Part shown: piece after piece, positions 1 through 9,292 of the stretch
How the letters are laid out: every line of letters begins with the position of its first letter
How positions within the stretch are numbered: position 1 is the first letter of the stretch
Translations under genes and position numbers: made by a program
Sequence record: PP763253.1
DNA: 64,000 bases
Reading direction: 5' to 3' (one strand)
DNA from: Acinetobacter phage Ab1-TPeters
The notes under the pieces: model-generated
What the model was told of the DNA's origin: nothing
The model's database searches: none
Seen by the model: only the letters and a program-made list of their open reading frames with translations

Positions 1-135
1 CTAGCTTCGGCTGGGTAATTTCAGCATCGTTCAATTCCAGACTAGCTAACGACTGCCAGATGTCGTCAACGGCTGTATAACTTGTTATACTTTACACCAG
101 CAGGGGGTAAATAAAATGAAGAGCGGAGTAAATAA

Positions 136-834
136 GTGAAATTGATTTTAGTAAGACATGGTGAATCAGTAGCTAACGTTAATCCTAAGCTATATGATTC
201 AATTCCAGATCACGCTATTCCTTTATCTGATGAAGGTAAGCTTCAAGCTAAATTTACTGGAGGTTTAATCAGTCGGTATCTTAAATCACAGATATGTAAT
301 ATTCCAGTTGAACACTTGATATATTCTCCATACAATCGAACTAAAGAGACAACTGAGATTATCTACGATAACTTAAATGGTATAGGTATTAATAGTTTCG
401 TTGAATATGTTGGAATTCATGAAATAGAAATCTATAATAATCACCCAGACATGCGTGAGAGTAATTGCTATAATATAGATGAAATGGAGGAATACGGTAA
501 GTTCTGGTTCAAACGAGGTACTGCTGAGTCATTAGCTGATGTATATAAAAGAGCCAAACAGTTCTTACGTGATCTAATTGATCTGAATTTGCCTCAAGGA
601 ACTCCAGTAATTGTTGTAAGTCATCGTGTGTTTTTGAGAGTTCTAACTTCTATTCTTGAGGGTCACACTATCAAGAAATTATGTAAATCCGGTATTAACT
701 TTAACAATGCTGAAGCACGAGTGTATGACTTAGATACTCAAAACTCTAAGTTCGGAGTCCCTGAGATTTTAGGCATTAAGAAACTAAACGAAAACAAGGA
801 ATTATCTTATGTTGAAAACTGCACTTTTAATTAG
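136..834 (+). CDS. histidine phosphatase superfamily protein (phosphoglycerate-mutase-like)
   Basis: N-terminal LVRHGES motif (RHG catalytic signature) and a downstream VVSHRV second-His region; 232 aa. Confidence 0.6.
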   Translation: MKLILVRHGESVANVNPKLYDSIPDHAIPLSDEGKLQAKFTGGLISRYLKSQICNIPVEHLIYSPYNRTKETTEIIYDNLNGIGINSFVEYVGIHEIEIYNNHPDMRESNCYNIDEMEEYGKFWFKRGTAESLADVYKRAKQFLRDLIDLNLPQGTPVIVVSHRVFLRVLTSILEGHTIKKLCKSGINFNNAEARVYDLDTQNSKFGVPEILGIKKLNENKELSYVENCTFN

Positions 835-1081
835 CACTATATTACTTCTGACTGGATGCACTGGCCCAGTAAATGTAGATCAGACTGTAGCTTATTCAGA
901 AGCTATTCCAGATGAACTGAAAGATTGTTCATTTCACTTAGTAAAAGGTGATTGGACGACTAATCACATAACTGTTGTACGTTGCCCTAACTCCACTGTG
1001 TCAACAAGTTATATGCAAGGTAAGACTCAACAAACAGTTGTAGTTATTGATGGAGTAGAATATGTCAAACAAAATCCATAA
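809..1081 (+). CDS. putative lipoprotein
   Basis: Hydrophobic N-terminus ending in LTGC lipobox-like motif; overlaps upstream stop. Confidence 0.35.
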   Translation: MLKTALLISTILLLTGCTGPVNVDQTVAYSEAIPDELKDCSFHLVKGDWTTNHITVVRCPNSTVSTSYMQGKTQQTVVVIDGVEYVKQNP

Positions 1082-1289
1082 AATTAGTCAATATCATTAT
1101 GCGATTGCAGATGAAGGTGGCTGGTTACCTGGAGCTTACTATACTTACGAAGCAGCTGAGTTAGCTCTAAAACATAAGTCAAGAGAAGATTGGAGATTTC
1201 TTCAAAGACTTCAAGACATAGCCAATGAACAAGAAAATCCTGAAAACAGAGTTATTTCAGAGAAACTAATATTAGATAACTTAAATTAA
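1062..1289 (+). CDS. hypothetical protein, paralog 1 of tandem pair
   Basis: 75 aa; clear sequence similarity to the adjacent 1314..1541 product (KxHKI...G.Y...EAA.LA...R...RFLQ....N....RVISE..I.D.L). Confidence 0.45.
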   Translation: MSNKIHKISQYHYAIADEGGWLPGAYYTYEAAELALKHKSREDWRFLQRLQDIANEQENPENRVISEKLILDNLN

Positions 1290-1313
1290 CAATTTAGCAG
1301 GGATTAAAGGGTT

Positions 1314-1541
1314 ATGCTAAGCAAAGTCCATAAAATAGACGATGGTTTCTATTTAATAAAAGACAATGGAAAGATTTTAGCTGGAGTTTACGACAGTGAA
1401 GAAGCAGCTATATTAGCTTACCGCAGGCGAAATGTTCAGAATGGCAGATTCCTGCAGAAAATCTGGAATAAAGTAAACCAGCGAAGGTTAGTAAGCGATA
1501 GAGTTATTTCAGAAAGGTTTATCATGGATAGCTTAAAATGA
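1314..1541 (+). CDS. hypothetical protein, paralog 2 of tandem pair
   Basis: 75 aa; same length and conserved motif spacing as 1062..1289. Confidence 0.45.
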   Translation: MLSKVHKIDDGFYLIKDNGKILAGVYDSEEAAILAYRRRNVQNGRFLQKIWNKVNQRRLVSDRVISERFIMDSLK

Positions 1542-1957
1542 ATAGATTTGAACGTAAGTGGTGCAAACAAAATGGGATTCTTTCAGTTGGGAATTGTCCA
1601 GATAAGTATTTAACTAAAAATTCTGAAGGTGAGTATGAGTCTCAAGCTGTTGAGGCAGCTTATCAGGGATATAAGATGTGTGAAGGTAACATCTCTATTA
1701 TCTCAAGACTTTCAGCTGTAGCTATTGATTTAGAAAACAAAATAGAAAACCTATTTTCTAAATTTGAAGTAAGAACTCCAGCTATGAGAATGAGCTTGGA
1801 GTCAGATTTCAGATGCTGTAAAATGCAATATCAACATCTTATTAATTTTGATGAAAAATTTTATGAACTAGAAGAGCTTCAGTTTTATATTAATTTGCTT
1901 CAATCTAAAATGGATTTTGTCATCGAGAATATAACAGGATTGAAGACTCGCAAATAA
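1538..1957 (+). CDS. hypothetical protein
   Basis: 139 aa ORF, ATGA overlap with upstream gene. Confidence 0.35.
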   Translation: MNRFERKWCKQNGILSVGNCPDKYLTKNSEGEYESQAVEAAYQGYKMCEGNISIISRLSAVAIDLENKIENLFSKFEVRTPAMRMSLESDFRCCKMQYQHLINFDEKFYELEELQFYINLLQSKMDFVIENITGLKTRK

Positions 1958-2019
1958 CGTCAACACCTGTTAAAGTGTAATAACACAAAGCCTAAACTTA
2001 AATTATCTGGAGTTACAAA

Positions 2020-2679
2020 ATGAATACATCTAACTTATTTCAAAACCTAAACAAAGCAATGATGGATCAACTTTTCTGTCGAATTGAAAACGTTGTTTGG
2101 GATTTAACAACTGGTGAAGTAGGAATCCTAACTAAAGATGAAATGATTGCAACTTTCACCCCTCCAGCTCTTGAAGAAGTTAACGAAGATTCTCAACCTA
2201 GTGACAACTGTGGTGTAGTTACTCACAATCCATTCTCTGCTATGTCGATGGCTCTTCCAGCTTATGGTCAAAAGATCTCTGCTAGTGAAGTTAAAATCGG
2301 TGACATCATCGTTACTAATAAACAAGCTTCTGGCTGGGTAACTGGAATCCGACCTAATGGTAAATTTGATATCCAGAAAGTTGACGGTAATACAACTAGC
2401 TTCAATCCTCCTAATGTTCAGATTATGGGTTCAGGAACTCAGAATGGCGTTATGGTAGTTCGTACCTTGGTTAACTTGACTGGAGGTAATCTAGGTGGAT
2501 TTAAAGATTCACTTATGCCACTTATGATGATGTCTGGCGGTAGCTTAGATGAGACTCAGTTTGACAAACTTATCCCAATGATGCTGATGGGTGGAATGAA
2601 CGGTGGATCAAATAACATGATGCAAATGTTCATGATGATGTCAATGATGGGTGGTAAGAAAGGTGGTCTACCTTTTTAA
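2020..2679 (+). CDS. hypothetical protein with Met/Gly-rich C-terminal tail
   Basis: 219 aa; last ~60 aa are extremely Met/Gly rich (MPLMMMSGG...MMQMFMMMSMMGGKKGG). Confidence 0.45.
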   Translation: MNTSNLFQNLNKAMMDQLFCRIENVVWDLTTGEVGILTKDEMIATFTPPALEEVNEDSQPSDNCGVVTHNPFSAMSMALPAYGQKISASEVKIGDIIVTNKQASGWVTGIRPNGKFDIQKVDGNTTSFNPPNVQIMGSGTQNGVMVVRTLVNLTGGNLGGFKDSLMPLMMMSGGSLDETQFDKLIPMMLMGGMNGGSNNMMQMFMMMSMMGGKKGGLPF

Positions 2680-2960
2680 GTGCTAGTGAATCTGTAATTG
2701 AGAAGGGTGATAGTTACTTCGATCGCCCTCTTGGTTTACTAGCATTAAAGTACGAAATCTTAGCAAGAGAAGTACTAATTAAAGATTACGTCAATCTAAG
2801 TAACCCTGTTCCAGTTAAATTCACCAAGAGAAACCATAACGGTAAAGTTTTAGTTGAAGTTACTAATGAAGCTGGCGATGTAATCGTTGAATTTAATGGC
2901 AAGAGTATTAAATTCAAGAATGACTACGGATGGGTTAGAACCAGAGGTCAATACTTACAG

Positions 2961-3524
2961 GTGTTTGTGGCTGATCCTTTAGTTGAGAAATTCCAGATAG
3001 TTGGAATGCGCTATGGTGATTATTCTAATATCTATAAGCAAATGACTCTGGATCACTTGGATAGAGAGTTCAGATCAAAGAGCAGAAATGGTGAGAACAT
3101 TTATATGTTCAATGACCCATTCAATGAAGCTGATAAGACTGCAGTTGTATTAAGAGGATCTCGAGGTACATTTGGCTTCTTAGCTAAGAACTGTGCTGGC
3201 TATGGCTCAACTGAGAACATCCGTAGTATAATGGCAGCTTGTGATGAAGTCAAATTAGTTATCAAGGAGTTTACCCAGTCAGCTGCAGATAAGGGTATTG
3301 AGAGCGTAAAGTTTACTGGTGTAGTAGCTATTGACCACTTTGCCTTTGATCCAAAGCTAATTAAGATTAAAGTGCCAATTAGCTTAAACACAAGAACTCC
3401 ATTTGATTCTTACATAAACAACGCGTCTACTCCACCTGAAATTAGAGAACGATTCAGCAGAATTATAAACTCTGATTCCAGCTTTGACTGGGATCTTAAT
3501 CCATTATCGGATGAGGATTGGTAA
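2961..3524 (+). CDS. hypothetical protein (frame open upstream to 2679 with no start codon)
   Basis: 187 aa from the ATG; the same frame is stop-free for 94 codons upstream back to the stop of the previous gene. Confidence 0.4.
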   Translation: MFVADPLVEKFQIVGMRYGDYSNIYKQMTLDHLDREFRSKSRNGENIYMFNDPFNEADKTAVVLRGSRGTFGFLAKNCAGYGSTENIRSIMAACDEVKLVIKEFTQSAADKGIESVKFTGVVAIDHFAFDPKLIKIKVPISLNTRTPFDSYINNASTPPEIRERFSRIINSDSSFDWDLNPLSDEDW

Positions 3525-4073
3525 ATGACTACCTTAATTAATATCTTTGGTGGACCTAGTGCTGGTAAAACAACACTTTCACTGGGTCTAACCTACGCCT
3601 TAAAGATGGCTGGATATAAAGCTGAATACGTTCACGAAGTAGCTAAATACCCAGCTTTAGTCAATGACATCAAGTACTTTGATTCCCAGTATCATGTCAC
3701 TAACAATCAACATAAGCTTCTTTCTGCTTACTTAGATAATGGTGATCTTGATTTCGTTATTACTGATGCTCCTTTACCATTGGGTTTAATCTATGGTGAG
3801 CATTATGGTAAACTCGACAAGATCACCAAAGAAGCTATTGAAGATCTTTGCTGTTCAGTTCGCTGTAAATCAGTGGTAAACATCCTCAAAGTATATGATC
3901 CAGAAGTAGCTTACGATCCTGTTGGTCGATATCAAATTCAGACAGAAGCTCACGAAATTCACCGTAAAATGACTAAGTTTATCGCTGGAGTAGATCACAT
4001 TCAGATCGGTAAACTTAACGATGAAGTAATCAAAGATCTCGTAACCAATTTAATAAAGAGACATTTTAAATGA
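3525..4073 (+). CDS. P-loop NTPase, kinase-like
   Basis: Walker A FGGPSAGKTT at N-terminus; Walker-B-like DFVITDAP. Confidence 0.5.
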   Translation: MTTLINIFGGPSAGKTTLSLGLTYALKMAGYKAEYVHEVAKYPALVNDIKYFDSQYHVTNNQHKLLSAYLDNGDLDFVITDAPLPLGLIYGEHYGKLDKITKEAIEDLCCSVRCKSVVNILKVYDPEVAYDPVGRYQIQTEAHEIHRKMTKFIAGVDHIQIGKLNDEVIKDLVTNLIKRHFK

Positions 4074-4663
4074 AGCTCATAATGATCAATGGTGCTCCTT
4101 ATTCTGGTAAGGATACAGTTGCAAATCACTTAATGGAGCGTAGTAACGTTTATCGTGCTCGTTTTAAAGATCCACTGTATGAGGCACTTTCTCTATTCTA
4201 CGGTCTTCCACTCAAAGAAGTTGAAGATCTTTGTAATTCACCTAAGGAAATCAAGGATTCACCTCATCCTAAATTCAATGGCAAGTCACCACGTGGTGCT
4301 TTGATTCATATGTCTGAAGATGTGATGAAGCCCAACTTCGGTCTGGATATTGTTAGTAAACTTACTGCTAAGAAAATTCAATGTCTTGAATTAGGTCGTG
4401 ATTACTTTGACTCTGAACTGGTTGTAGTTATGCCAGATTGTGGTTTCCCGAATGAAGTTGAAGAACTTCAGGCTATGTTAGGTCTAGATCGTTCAGACAT
4501 CTTCTTGATTCGAATTGAACGTGAAGGATGTAGTTTTGAGGGTGACTCAAGAACCTACGTACCTAATCCAGACTTAGTTATTTTCAATAACTCTAGTCTA
4601 GTTGACCTATATGCTGTTGTTAATTACAGCGTAATTAATTTTCTAAATAAAGGATCTAAATAA
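4070..4663 (+). CDS. deoxynucleoside monophosphate kinase-like (T4 gp1-like)
   Basis: N-terminus MKLIMINGAPYSGKDT resembles T4 dNMP kinase N-terminus and P-loop. Confidence 0.5.
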   Translation: MKLIMINGAPYSGKDTVANHLMERSNVYRARFKDPLYEALSLFYGLPLKEVEDLCNSPKEIKDSPHPKFNGKSPRGALIHMSEDVMKPNFGLDIVSKLTAKKIQCLELGRDYFDSELVVVMPDCGFPNEVEELQAMLGLDRSDIFLIRIEREGCSFEGDSRTYVPNPDLVIFNNSSLVDLYAVVNYSVINFLNKGSK

Positions 4664-4935
4664 TGACCTCTGTAAATCGCTTAATGAAAGACGCAGTAGC
4701 TCGCGCAAATGGAGTAAAACCGCAAGTATTCGCTTTAGTTACTGCTGGTAATAAAGGTTTTGATTGCTGGTCTAACTCAGCTGATCCAGCTCAGACAGCA
4801 GGTATTCTGGTTTCAAATACAGTGGCTATTATTCAGAACCAAGTAAAACCAGAGAAGCAGAATGAAGTAATTGATTCTTTGATCAAAGTACTTGAGAAGG
4901 CTAAAGAGGCAATTGAGAATAAGCCTGTCTCTTAA
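4663..4935 (+). CDS. hypothetical protein
   Basis: 90 aa ORF, ATGA overlap. Confidence 0.35.
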   Translation: MTSVNRLMKDAVARANGVKPQVFALVTAGNKGFDCWSNSADPAQTAGILVSNTVAIIQNQVKPEKQNEVIDSLIKVLEKAKEAIENKPVS

Positions 4936-4987
4936 ATCGCTCCAAAACCTGTTTAGGTGTGGTTGGGACACTTCCCGCCTAAACAGG
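4924..4987 (+). promoter_or_regulatory. conserved intergenic element copy with 10-bp stem hairpin
   Basis: CCTGTCTCTTAAATCGC...AAAACCTGTTTAGG...CCTAAACAGG, then AGGAG RBS. Confidence 0.4.
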
Positions 4988-5089
4988 AGAGTAACATGTT
5001 CAGATCGATTATCATTAACATCTGGAAGTTTAAGTTGATCATAAAGCCATCTAAAATTAATTTATACTTTGTTTCTCACAATAAAGTAG

Positions 5090-5356
5090 GTGGTTCGAGA
5101 ATTCGCATTTCTCGTAAAATATTTTGAGGTCTTTATGAACTTAATGCATATAAAATTAATTCACAACGTTATCAGAGTTAACCCTGGAAGTAGATTCCCA
5201 GATGGTACAAGACGACCTGCTCTTTATCTTGGTAAAGATCAGTGCTCTTATACACCCTGTCGTGAGGAAGCTCTTAAGCTTAAAGACGAGATCATAGTAA
5301 ATTTCATACCTATGATTAAAGAAAACAATTGGTCAATAGTCCCTTGCTTTGACTAA
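5090..5356 (+). CDS. hypothetical protein (start more likely ATG near 5135)
   Basis: ORF; internal ATG MNLMHIKLI preceded by a GAGG-like RBS. Confidence 0.3.
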   Translation: MVREFAFLVKYFEVFMNLMHIKLIHNVIRVNPGSRFPDGTRRPALYLGKDQCSYTPCREEALKLKDEIIVNFIPMIKENNWSIVPCFD

Positions 5357-5373
5357 GTTCACTAGGTGCTTAA

Positions 5374-5730
5374 TTGCACCTATTTTATTTTATGGAATTC
5401 AAAATGTCTGACAAATTACACTTAAATATGGAAGTGATCTTCTCAACTGAAGCGCGTTCACCTCAGGGAATCCTCATGAACGCTGTTAAGAAGATTTATT
5501 GTCTAAAAGAAAATGATTGGTCTATCTCCAAACACCCAGATGATCTTAAGATTTTAATTCTTAACGCTGAGTTAGATCACATTTCTGATGTAGACAAACT
5601 TCATGACTTGCTTATTGATAAAGCTAACCATGATCTAGTTCTCCAATTGAATATTGGGATAGGGTTTGTTGCTCTAAATGATCGAGTCAATAAGGATTAC
5701 ACCAACGTAGTTGGTTCTAGCAATGACTAG
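5374..5730 (+). CDS. hypothetical protein
   Basis: 118 aa ORF. Confidence 0.3.
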   Translation: MHLFYFMEFKMSDKLHLNMEVIFSTEARSPQGILMNAVKKIYCLKENDWSISKHPDDLKILILNAELDHISDVDKLHDLLIDKANHDLVLQLNIGIGFVALNDRVNKDYTNVVGSSND

Positions 5731-6109
5731 CGAATCTTCATATTTTCCGATGGATGGAAATGCCTCAACTTGGCATGGTCGTCAGATAGAGAAGCTCATT
5801 GGCAGATCATATCAGACGATAGTTAGGCAAGTTGAAGACAATTCCCACTTATTTCCAAGCAAGAATTATGTAATTGTGCCTCACCAGATTGTTAAGTCAG
5901 TTCCAGCTGGAGTTAAGAAGACTTCTTACCGTTGTATTAAGTTTGAAGTTAAAACCCTGATTATGTCAAAAGAAGACTGGATGACTTACTTGATAATGTT
6001 CAAGAATCCTTTTCAAGAAGACTTAGTTAAGCAAATTAAGAAAGGTTGGACATTCGCTGAACTAGAGATTCCACATAAGAAAGTTAAATACAGCCAATCT
6101 TCACAATAA
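5711..6109 (+). CDS. hypothetical protein
   Basis: 132 aa ORF. Confidence 0.3.
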   Translation: MVLAMTSESSYFPMDGNASTWHGRQIEKLIGRSYQTIVRQVEDNSHLFPSKNYVIVPHQIVKSVPAGVKKTSYRCIKFEVKTLIMSKEDWMTYLIMFKNPFQEDLVKQIKKGWTFAELEIPHKKVKYSQSSQ

Positions 6110-6147
6110 CCTGAAGAGCTGCTTTCTTAGATAAGGCAGGAGTTAAC

Positions 6148-6369
6148 ATGATAAAATTTATTAAATCTCTGTTAGTAAAGAAAGCTGAAGTAAAAGAGCA
6201 ACCTTACCATGCTTTAGATTCTGACATTCTGATTTACAGAACTGACAAACCTCATCAAGTGGTCATGGCCGTTAATGAGGAAGCTTTCCTTGAAGTTATT
6301 GTGGTTTCTAAATCAGATATGTCAAAACAACTGGCTAAATTTCAAACGGTGAAAGCAGATGAAAGTTGA
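6148..6369 (+). CDS. hypothetical protein
   Basis: 73 aa ORF downstream of promoter-like motif and AGGAG RBS. Confidence 0.3.
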   Translation: MIKFIKSLLVKKAEVKEQPYHALDSDILIYRTDKPHQVVMAVNEEAFLEVIVVSKSDMSKQLAKFQTVKADES

Positions 6370-6589
6370 ACCACTTAGACATTCACTTTGGTGTGGATTT
6401 GAAGTACTGGTTAGAGAGTTGTATCAGCCATTCGTTTTACGTAACGGTCAAACAACAATGCTAACTGAAACTAGCAACACTTTATGTGATCGTTACCATG
6501 GAGTAGTTTACACCACTAAAGAAGTGTTTGATAAAATGAAAGAAATCCCTGGATATAGAGAGGTTGAATTACCAAATGAACTTTCGTGA
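6359..6589 (+). CDS. hypothetical protein
   Basis: 76 aa ORF. Confidence 0.3.
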   Translation: MKVEPLRHSLWCGFEVLVRELYQPFVLRNGQTTMLTETSNTLCDRYHGVVYTTKEVFDKMKEIPGYREVELPNELS

Positions 6590-7166
6590 TGCTATGTTGC
6601 AAATGATGTTAGGTCGTAAAGTATTCCTAGAGAATAACGGATTCAGTACACCCAACTTTACCTTAAATAAGGAAGGTGTCTTAGTGGATTCTTCAACTAA
6701 CAAGTCAGTTAACATCACCAGACCAATGGTTGAGTCAGATCAGTGGCAGGTATTTGAGAATAGACAGTCTGGCCGAACTACTCGGATGATCAATAATCTT
6801 ATTTCGAGTTTCTTAGATGGACGAGCTTGCTATGTTCTATCTAATGCAACTCACTTGAATACTCTGAAAACTACTGTATTAAATCTAGCTAAAGAACGAC
6901 TAACTGAAGACCAGTTTAAGATATTTGAGAAATCAGTTAAGTTTGAGACACCTGGTAGTTTAGGAGTAAAACAGGAGTCCCACATAGGTAACAACCCTTA
7001 TGTGGATTTTGTAAATAAGAGATTAAAACATGCTCATCCTAATTGCCAGCTATTCATAGATCATTACTTCTATGAGCAAGTGGTTGACAAAGAGTGGAAA
7101 ATAATTGATTGGTCACTTAATAAATCAACTGAATTCACAAAGGCTAGTGAAGATCAAGGAATTTAA
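6564..7166 (+). CDS. hypothetical protein
   Basis: 200 aa ORF. Confidence 0.35.
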   Translation: MNYQMNFRDAMLQMMLGRKVFLENNGFSTPNFTLNKEGVLVDSSTNKSVNITRPMVESDQWQVFENRQSGRTTRMINNLISSFLDGRACYVLSNATHLNTLKTTVLNLAKERLTEDQFKIFEKSVKFETPGSLGVKQESHIGNNPYVDFVNKRLKHAHPNCQLFIDHYFYEQVVDKEWKIIDWSLNKSTEFTKASEDQGI

Positions 7167-7167
7167 T

Positions 7168-7548
7168 ATGCCCAATCAAGAATTAGAGAGACTTTCTGAA
7201 AGATGGGGAGTTGAATTAAGAGGTTTTGAAAATCTGATTATTCCATTAAAAAAGGATGAATACACTGGGATAGGAAAAGAGGCTAATTTAGTAGCTAAAT
7301 TGTTAGAGAAGAGAGGTTATAGACTTAGAGGTTTAAATTTTCAATACAATGAACCTTATGTTGTTGTATTTGATAATGGAACTTATGGATTTACACACAA
7401 CATTCCAAACGATATTTCTAAATTTAAATTTAGAAATATTAAAGACATAAAAGGTGAGCAGATCGTAGACAAAAATTTATTCTTTGGTTTTGTTTATGGG
7501 TCAGTTTTCGGTATTTTAATTACAATTTTCGTAATCTGGTTAATGTGA
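7168..7548 (+). CDS. hypothetical membrane-anchored protein
   Basis: Start moved to ATG at 7168 (non-overlapping); C-terminal hydrophobic helix FGFVYGSVFGILITIFVIWLM. Confidence 0.35.
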   Translation: MPNQELERLSERWGVELRGFENLIIPLKKDEYTGIGKEANLVAKLLEKRGYRLRGLNFQYNEPYVVVFDNGTYGFTHNIPNDISKFKFRNIKDIKGEQIVDKNLFFGFVYGSVFGILITIFVIWLM

Positions 7549-7613
7549 ATCCAGTTAATTAAAAAGTAAAGCATCTATACCAGATGCAGTAAAATGTTTT
7601 AGAGATAATATCA

Positions 7614-7832
7614 ATGCAAAATAAAACTTACACAGATAATTTAGAAGTATCTGGAGAGGACGAGCTATCTGAGATCAAGAAGAATGCTCCAAGAGGTGCA
7701 AAAGGCTATGCTGAGGTAAATGATAAAGTTATTTACTTTATTAAATCAGCTGTTGGTTGGCGTCAGATTAAAGGTAACTTAATCAGCTTTCACGATAGTG
7801 GTTTACCTTCTCAAATGATAAAGCTCCTTTAA
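7614..7832 (+). CDS. hypothetical protein
   Basis: 72 aa ORF. Confidence 0.3.
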   Translation: MQNKTYTDNLEVSGEDELSEIKKNAPRGAKGYAEVNDKVIYFIKSAVGWRQIKGNLISFHDSGLPSQMIKLL

Positions 7833-7915
7833 TGGGGCTTTATTCACGCCAGTTGAATCTCTGGAATAAGACCAAGAGCTGTTAAGTTAGAGCAGCTGAT
7901 AATAAGGAATAATCA

Positions 7916-8038
7916 ATGGCTACACTGTTAATTAAATTTGCTTTAATTTCGCTTTTTATTTTAGCTTTAATCGGGATTTTGTTTCTGATGAATCAGGCTA
8001 AACACGATTACATAAAACATGAGGAAGATGATCAATGA
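7916..8038 (+). CDS. small hydrophobic protein (40 aa)
   Basis: Not in ORF track; MATLLIKFALISLFILALIGILFLMNQAKHDYIKHEEDDQ, single TM helix. Confidence 0.25.
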   Translation: MATLLIKFALISLFILALIGILFLMNQAKHDYIKHEEDDQ

Positions 8039-8508
8039 AGAATTGGTACTCTAGAACTCCGTCTGATTGTTTGATTCCGACATTCACAACTAAAGAGCAT
8101 CGCTGGTTGAGTAACATGTGGCCAGCTAAGTTGATTATAGCTGGAATTGAGTATAATTCTAGTGAGAACGCATATCAAGCATTCAAGTATATCTCTGATA
8201 CTCAGCGCAGATATATAGCTAAACTTACCCCAGCTCACTCTAAGCATTATAGTAAAGAGAATCCACTAACTAATCCTCTATTTGAAGCAAGAAAGGTGGA
8301 GATTATGAGGCAAGCTCTTTATGCTAAATTTACGCAGAATCCTGATCTACGTGATCGTCTTACTTCAACTGGTGATTTGATCCTAGTTGAAGGGAATTGG
8401 TGGGGTGATTTATTCTGGGGAGTAAATAAGGACACTGGATTAGGTCAGAATAACCTAGGTGTTTTACTTATGGAAGTAAGGAGTGCTCTGCGTGACCAAC
8501 AAAGTTAA
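8035..8508 (+). CDS. NADAR / YbiA-like (DUF1768) protein
   Basis: LSNMWP...IEYNSSENAYQAFKY and LILVEGNWWGDLFWGVNKDTGLGQNNLGVLLMEVR match the YbiA/NADAR conserved blocks. Confidence 0.6.
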   Translation: MKNWYSRTPSDCLIPTFTTKEHRWLSNMWPAKLIIAGIEYNSSENAYQAFKYISDTQRRYIAKLTPAHSKHYSKENPLTNPLFEARKVEIMRQALYAKFTQNPDLRDRLTSTGDLILVEGNWWGDLFWGVNKDTGLGQNNLGVLLMEVRSALRDQQS

Positions 8509-8719
8509 GTCAATGTATGTCAGTTTCAATGGAGCTCCTAACGGTGACTTCCTCCAGAAATTGAATTTGTCAGGTAAGATAGAGAGCCACGTGCTTAACA
8601 CCAATTCAACTCTTATTGTCTTCTCTAAACTATTAACTAAGGAAGAAGCACTAAAATTTTTACTTAGTTTTGAGTTTGACATCAATAAGGTTAGCTTTAC
8701 ATTCAAAAGGGATAAGTAA
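8483..8719 (+). CDS. hypothetical protein
   Basis: 78 aa ORF. Confidence 0.3.
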   Translation: MLCVTNKVKSMYVSFNGAPNGDFLQKLNLSGKIESHVLNTNSTLIVFSKLLTKEEALKFLLSFEFDINKVSFTFKRDK

Positions 8720-9000
8720 TGCAGGATCAAGTAAATAAACGAACCAGAGAAGTTCAGTTTAGCGTTGTTGATTCATATATTGAATACCAGCGTCAGAAAG
8801 GACTTAATTTTCAAGAGATGGCTAAAGCTATTGGTATGTCAGTTCTTAAGTTTCAAAATATGGTCACTGGTCACGATGAGTTTAATATTCATGACCTAGC
8901 TAAAATCTCCAGTGTCATTTCAATGGACTTTGATCTAGTGTTCAAGAAGCAAGATTCAGTTCCTGAAGCTCCACCTACATCTTTTACATTAAGTAACTGA
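8719..9000 (+). CDS. hypothetical protein
   Basis: 93 aa ORF. Confidence 0.3.
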   Translation: MQDQVNKRTREVQFSVVDSYIEYQRQKGLNFQEMAKAIGMSVLKFQNMVTGHDEFNIHDLAKISSVISMDFDLVFKKQDSVPEAPPTSFTLSN

Positions 9001-9064
9001 GCGTTAGTTATGATTTTAAATTTCTTATTAAAACTATTTAGCTTCGGCTCAAGTTTAGACACTT

Positions 9065-9292
9065 ATGAGGATGAGCATGATTCAAGTAATCACAATGAAC
9101 TCAGCTAAGGATTATAAAATCCGTAAATTTGGTTCTTTACATGACCTTAAGAAGTTCTTAAGTCACCGTGGCTTATTTACCAAATTTCATTCCAGAGTTG
9201 AGTTCAAAGGTCAGCTCTGGAAATCATTTACAGTGATGTCACGTGAAAAGGATGTGACTCCACAATTCAAAGAGGTCTTAGTTGAATTATGA
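9065..9292 (+). CDS. hypothetical protein
   Basis: 75 aa ORF. Confidence 0.3.
   Translation: MRMSMIQVITMNSAKDYKIRKFGSLHDLKKFLSHRGLFTKFHSRVEFKGQLWKSFTVMSREKDVTPQFKEVLVEL

Noticed and set aside
2128-2325. Antisense small ORFs inside larger genes (2128-2325, 3200-3391, 8032-8247, 8464-8730, 10672-10860, 13584-13799, 14639-14851, 19805-20002, 24090-24386, 29667-29867, 30701-30937, 30991-31173, 31429-31647, 31697-31981, 34162-34359, 34909-35121, 38070-38276 and the + strand ORFs inside - strand structural genes)
   Set aside because: They overlap well-supported genes on the opposite strand or in another frame, and have no RBS or conserved motifs. They are typical shadow ORFs.
7833-8034. tRNA or small RNA in the longer intergenic gaps (7833-8034, 29989-30212, 41701-41774)
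   Set aside because: No cloverleaf-compatible acceptor/T-arm pairing or GTTC-like box was found. These regions are explained by a small TM ORF, terminator/promoter elements, and the late-operon leader respectively.
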